In this document: positions 60,538-64,000 of the stretch, one piece after another
Numbering within the stretch: the first letter of the stretch is position 1
Layout: each line of letters opens with the position of its first letter
Assembly (NCBI RefSeq): GCF_988243305.1
Contig: NZ_OZ547136.1
Reading direction: 5' to 3' (one strand)
Length of the DNA stretch: 64,000 nt
Translations under genes and position numbers: made by a program
Notes under the pieces: model-generated
Database searches by the model: none
What the model was told of the DNA's origin: nothing
Seen by the model: only the letters and a program-made list of their open reading frames with translations

Positions 60538-61524
60538 TCAGAATGTCAATTTGTTACTGGATTTACCGAATTTGTCAGACATGGCTCCCAGGCCAGCCAG
60601 GACATCGACCTGTCGCTGTCGCCCACCTCCGTGAGCGGCTGGCTGTTGCCAGTAATCTTCGAAGTGACGATCGGGTCCAAAGAACGTCGCAGCCTGCTTC
60701 ACGAACTGTGTGCCGGTATTTCCTGTAGCACGTACCCAGGCGGCATACCGCTTCACGCCATCAAGCATGGTCTCCGGTTTTATTCCCTCCCTGATACGGG
60801 CTTTCCAGGCTTTGAAGGCCGCTGACTTGGAATTGCCACCAGCACGTTTGGGATATTCCTGCCAGGCCTGTTCAAATTCCGGTGAATATTCCTGTCGGGC
60901 AGAACGCGCAGACGCGTCAGCGGATGCATCAATAGTGTTTTTAGTCTCCGTTGTAATCTCTGTAGTAATCTCTGTATTTGTATCAACATTCGGCGTATCC
61001 CCTGTTCCGTTATGACGTCGGGGGGTGTTCCGTTTTAACGTAATAGCTGTATCGCTGATTGCATTATTGCTGTTACTTTCTGGCGAAACAGAAGAAGGTG
61101 TGGTGATGGCCGCAATTGCCTGTGGGTTGATCCCGACAAACAAAATATTGCTGCATTTCACCCCATCGAGCATTTCCACCGTGCGTAAATCCAGAGTAAT
61201 AAACCCTGCATCGCGCAGACGCTTCAGCGCATCTGCGGTTTCCCTTTTCCCGAAACCAAACTGCTCAGCAAACGCCTGGTAGCTTCTTTGCAGTTTGTCG
61301 CCCTGAAAACGCTTGCGATATCCCAGCAACGCTCCGGTGTGCTCATCCCTGACCTCTGTCGGGCGGTACCAGTAAACGATCTCTGAAAGCAGAGCGATAG
61401 CCGTCGCATCCGGACGCCCACTGGGTAGTCGAATATATTTCCACCAGTTCGCAGGTGTAACATTGCCGGAAATATTAATTTGACCAATAGCCATAACTTC
61501 CGGTGTGGGGGCGTAACGGCTCAT
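60538..61524 (-). CDS. Putative replication initiation / replisome organiser protein
   Basis: 328-aa ORF directly upstream of the helicase loader; contains an internal tandem DNA repeat (iteron-like). Confidence 0.55.
   Translation of the reverse strand: MSRYAPTPEVMAIGQINISGNVTPANWWKYIRLPSGRPDATAIALLSEIVYWYRPTEVRDEHTGALLGYRKRFQGDKLQRSYQAFAEQFGFGKRETADALKRLRDAGFITLDLRTVEMLDGVKCSNILFVGINPQAIAAITTPSSVSPESNSNNAISDTAITLKRNTPRRHNGTGDTPNVDTNTEITTEITTETKNTIDASADASARSARQEYSPEFEQAWQEYPKRAGGNSKSAAFKAWKARIREGIKPETMLDGVKRYAAWVRATGNTGTQFVKQAATFFGPDRHFEDYWQQPAAHGGGRQRQVDVLAGLGAMSDKFGKSSNKLTF
60953..60976. repeat. Tandem 12-bp repeat (gtaatctctgta x2 plus degenerate flanking copies), candidate origin iterons
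   Basis: Direct tandem repeat inside the initiator gene, next to an A/T-rich stretch; encodes TEITTEITTE. Confidence 0.5.
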
Positions 61525-61820
61525 ACAACCTCCTTCCGCGGCATGAGAATTGTGTAGCCACGCGCAGGTTGTAGTCGGGCTTTTGCATCAATAGTAAGCG
61601 TTGCAATTTTTCGGATATGAAGATAACCAGCTCTTTCCAGTGCCAGGGTTTCCCTGAATATCGCTTGCTTAGAACAACAGCAGAAATCAGCAAGCACCTG
61701 ATGATCAATAACTCTCTCGCCTTCACCGTCTGAAGAACCCGACATCAAAACACGCAACATAATTAGGCGCTGAATCGGGTTATCGAAAGCACATCCGCAC
61801 ACAAACTGAAAACAGTTCAC
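61521..61820 (-). CDS. Hypothetical protein (99 aa), possible helix-turn-helix
   Basis: ORF only. Confidence 0.3.
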   Translation of the reverse strand: MNCFQFVCGCAFDNPIQRLIMLRVLMSGSSDGEGERVIDHQVLADFCCCSKQAIFRETLALERAGYLHIRKIATLTIDAKARLQPARGYTILMPRKEVV

Positions 61821-62041
61821 GCCACACCTCCCAGACGCTTAAACATTTTTCCAGACAGAAATACCGCCAGAGGGTAACTGATGGTGTAGCTACGCCCCTG
61901 TAGTTCGCACACGACTTTCTGGCTTTCAGCGTTGACTAGGCAAACCCGCAGAACGTGACCGTTGCTGGTGGCGAACCACTGCCCCACACGGGGGCAACGG
62001 TTGTATCGGTGATACAGGGAATTAACGATGTGGCGGATCAT
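61817..62041 (-). CDS. Hypothetical protein (74 aa)
   Basis: ORF only. Confidence 0.3.
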   Translation of the reverse strand: MIRHIVNSLYHRYNRCPRVGQWFATSNGHVLRVCLVNAESQKVVCELQGRSYTISYPLAVFLSGKMFKRLGGVA

Positions 62042-62232
62042 GGACGCACCTCCACCGTAGTTACGTATTTAACCGGGCTACCTTTCATTGAGATGGTTTC
62101 ACACATCTCTGCCGCTTTCAGTTCCGCTGTTTTTCTGGATTTATAGCGACGGTGCCAGACAGATACATCCGTGCGAACTGATACATCGTTTCTGTATTCC
62201 GTAGTGGAGATGATGATTTCGTAACTAATCAT
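62038..62232 (-). CDS. Hypothetical protein (64 aa)
   Basis: ORF only. Confidence 0.3.
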   Translation of the reverse strand: MISYEIIISTTEYRNDVSVRTDVSVWHRRYKSRKTAELKAAEMCETISMKGSPVKYVTTVEVRP

Positions 62233-62780
62233 GGGCGAACCTCCTTGTCAGAACCATTCAGCCTGGAATCAACAAGTGCAGCGCCAAAAACAGCATCACC
62301 AACACGGTCGTACAGTTTGCTAGCCAGCGGAGATTCAACGGCCTTAAGCATTGGATAAAGCTGGCTTGTCCAGATTTGATGGATTTCACGCAAATGCAGG
62401 TATACGCCTCTGGCGTTTCGTGCGACAGCTGACATATCAGACGCATCGGCACCTGATAAACTCTTCTCCATCAGGTTAAAGGCGTTGATGTATGCCTCTT
62501 TGAACCGGGCTGCACGTTTGCCAGTAAAGCCCATAGCAAGGAACGCGAAGCCATCACGGGTGATTTGATAGCAAGGTAGTTTGCGGCCTGTGCAATCGGT
62601 GTAATCACTCACCGAAAAATTGCGGGCAGTGAATGATGCGGAGCATTCAAGCGTGCGGATCTTTTTCAGTACATCGTCATGACGCTTGGAGAAGAAGTTG
62701 GCAACAGCCAGGGATGAAGTAACAGCCTGACCATCAACGATGGCAATTTCAGGTTGAGTGAGGGTTGGGATCGTAGCCAT
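62229..62780 (-). CDS. Rha-family phage regulatory protein
   Basis: Rha-type motif SKRHDDVLKKIRTL; ORF 62229..63080 trimmed to the ATG at 62780, which has a GGAGG Shine-Dalgarno 8 nt upstream. Start uncertain. Confidence 0.65.
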   Translation of the reverse strand: MATIPTLTQPEIAIVDGQAVTSSLAVANFFSKRHDDVLKKIRTLECSASFTARNFSVSDYTDCTGRKLPCYQITRDGFAFLAMGFTGKRAARFKEAYINAFNLMEKSLSGADASDMSAVARNARGVYLHLREIHQIWTSQLYPMLKAVESPLASKLYDRVGDAVFGAALVDSRLNGSDKEVRP

Positions 62781-63188
62781 GATGGCAGCCTCCGTTGACT
62801 GTGGAAAACTTCCACCACCGGAGCTGCGAAACTCACTGGTGGCAGACTGAACAGGGTTCGCAGTACCGGCGTCAACGGAGACCGGCGAGCCTTTCGGCTC
62901 CCCTGCCCAGCCCACCATAATTCTGGCGTGCGTGAGCGCGGACGATAAAAAAGACGCTGGCGCGTCATATATCGCCGTTGACAATTCCGGGCTGCGACCC
63001 CCGGCACCCGCTTTATAAGGTGCAGAGACAGTGTAACGTCCCGAAATTGCAGAATCAATATTTGGTCTTGAAATGATCATATAGCTGCTGATATCTTTAG
63101 AACTGTTCTTGGATGTTTCGGAGCCGTTTTATGCGAAACAGCTCCCCGTTATTGATGTTGAGTGAGCCGGGTTACTCCCGGCTTTTTT

Positions 63189-63938
63189 TCACCGCTGCCA
63201 ACCAATAACCTGAAATAACCCCATTTTCGGGTGATACCAGCGAGTCCCTCGCGGTTCTGCTTCCTCCATAACCCGATAAAAAGCAGCCATAAACGGTTCC
63301 ACAGCAACAATTGCGCGACGTGACAACAATCCGTCCGGCGTCATGAACTCATGGGTGTCTGTAGGAATCTGATAGGCGTTCACCAGATTGCGGCATTTAT
63401 CATCTGACAAACCGGTTTTTGCTTTCAGTTGGCGATATCCGGCATAGCCCTCACGAATAGTGCCCTTTTTAATTTGCTCGACTGTTTCAGCAACGTGGCT
63501 GACTTTTTCTTCCACCTGAGTGATCCGTTTCTGTTGGCGAACGGCTTCAAGAGCCATCGCGGCAACCATTTCGATTTCGCTCATTGGCTTACGGATCTGT
63601 TCTTCCAGTTCACGCCAGCGATCTACCAGGCGAGCAGTGAATTCAGGGCAGAGCTGTGCGACGACAATGATGCTGTCGCGCTTACCTTGTTCTCCTTCAA
63701 ACAGGTAATGCTCATATTGAACTTTAAAACCTAAGTTATTGATTTTCTCGGAAACAGCCATTGGCGGTTTCCGGATGATGTTTTTAGCAACCAGGCGTTC
63801 GATACTACGTTTAACATCTGAGTGCTGACTACCCACCAGCTCTGCGATCTCAACGCTGGTCATGGATGCTTTGTCGTTAAAAATTGCGGTGTTCACTGCC
63901 ATCTCCTTACGGATAAATTCTTTTAAGATTCCGCACAT
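63189..63938 (-). CDS. Putative antirepressor / Rha-ORF6N-like regulatory protein
   Basis: 249-aa ORF with Rha/ORF6N-like segment MTSVEIAELVGSQHSDVKRSIERL; start uncertain (internal MAVNT with AAGGAG directly upstream). Confidence 0.5.
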   Translation of the reverse strand: MCGILKEFIRKEMAVNTAIFNDKASMTSVEIAELVGSQHSDVKRSIERLVAKNIIRKPPMAVSEKINNLGFKVQYEHYLFEGEQGKRDSIIVVAQLCPEFTARLVDRWRELEEQIRKPMSEIEMVAAMALEAVRQQKRITQVEEKVSHVAETVEQIKKGTIREGYAGYRQLKAKTGLSDDKCRNLVNAYQIPTDTHEFMTPDGLLSRRAIVAVEPFMAAFYRVMEEAEPRGTRWYHPKMGLFQVIGWQR

Positions 63939-64000
63939 TCGTACTTATTGGTGCCGAACCTTCCTTCAGTTATCCTTTTGATCCCTATAAACAAAAGAAC

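Noticed and set aside
60953-60976. Possible CRISPR-like repeat
   Set aside because: Only two perfect tandem copies with no spacers, and inside a coding region; better explained as iteron-like repeats.
62781-63080. N-terminal 100 codons of the ORF containing the Rha-family gene
   Set aside because: Low-complexity and lacking the Rha motif; an internal ATG at 62780 with a GGAGG ribosome-binding site is the more plausible start. Left open as uncertain.

Overview
The window has two parts. Positions 1-22870 are a conserved Escherichia coli-type chromosomal backbone (yebF, yebG, purT, eda, edd, zwf, hexR, pykA, lpxM, mepM, znuA/znuC/znuB, ruvB, ruvA, yebB, ruvC, yebC, nudB, aspS, yecD, 5' end of yecE), with an IS10 element (1329 bp, 9-bp target duplication) inserted in the 3' end of yebB. 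From about 22871 to the window end (over 41 kb, continuing beyond 64000) is a lambdoid prophage that has interrupted yecE. All its late genes are on the minus strand. From the junction inward it carries: a dinI-like SOS gene, a methyltransferase-like cargo gene bracketed by duplicated tfa 3' ends, a lambda-like tail module (tfa, stf, lom, J, I, K, L, M, H, G/T with frameshift site, V, U, Z), a lambda-like head module (FII, FI, E, D, C, B, W, A, Nu1) and cos, a lysis cassette (Rz/Rz1, SAR-type endolysin, pinholin-like S) with extra genes inserted, a nanS-p-like esterase, three tRNA genes with no toxin genes after them, an OmpC-family porin, antiterminator Q, DnaB-like and DnaC-like replication genes, and Rha-type regulators. 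Integrase and the immunity region are not in the window. The best candidates for undescribed cargo are the two unrecognised genes between holin and endolysin, the small ORFs between endolysin and Rz, the small convergent gene pair between Rz and cos, and the methyltransferase module. All calls are from reading the sequence and recalled protein families; no database search was run.
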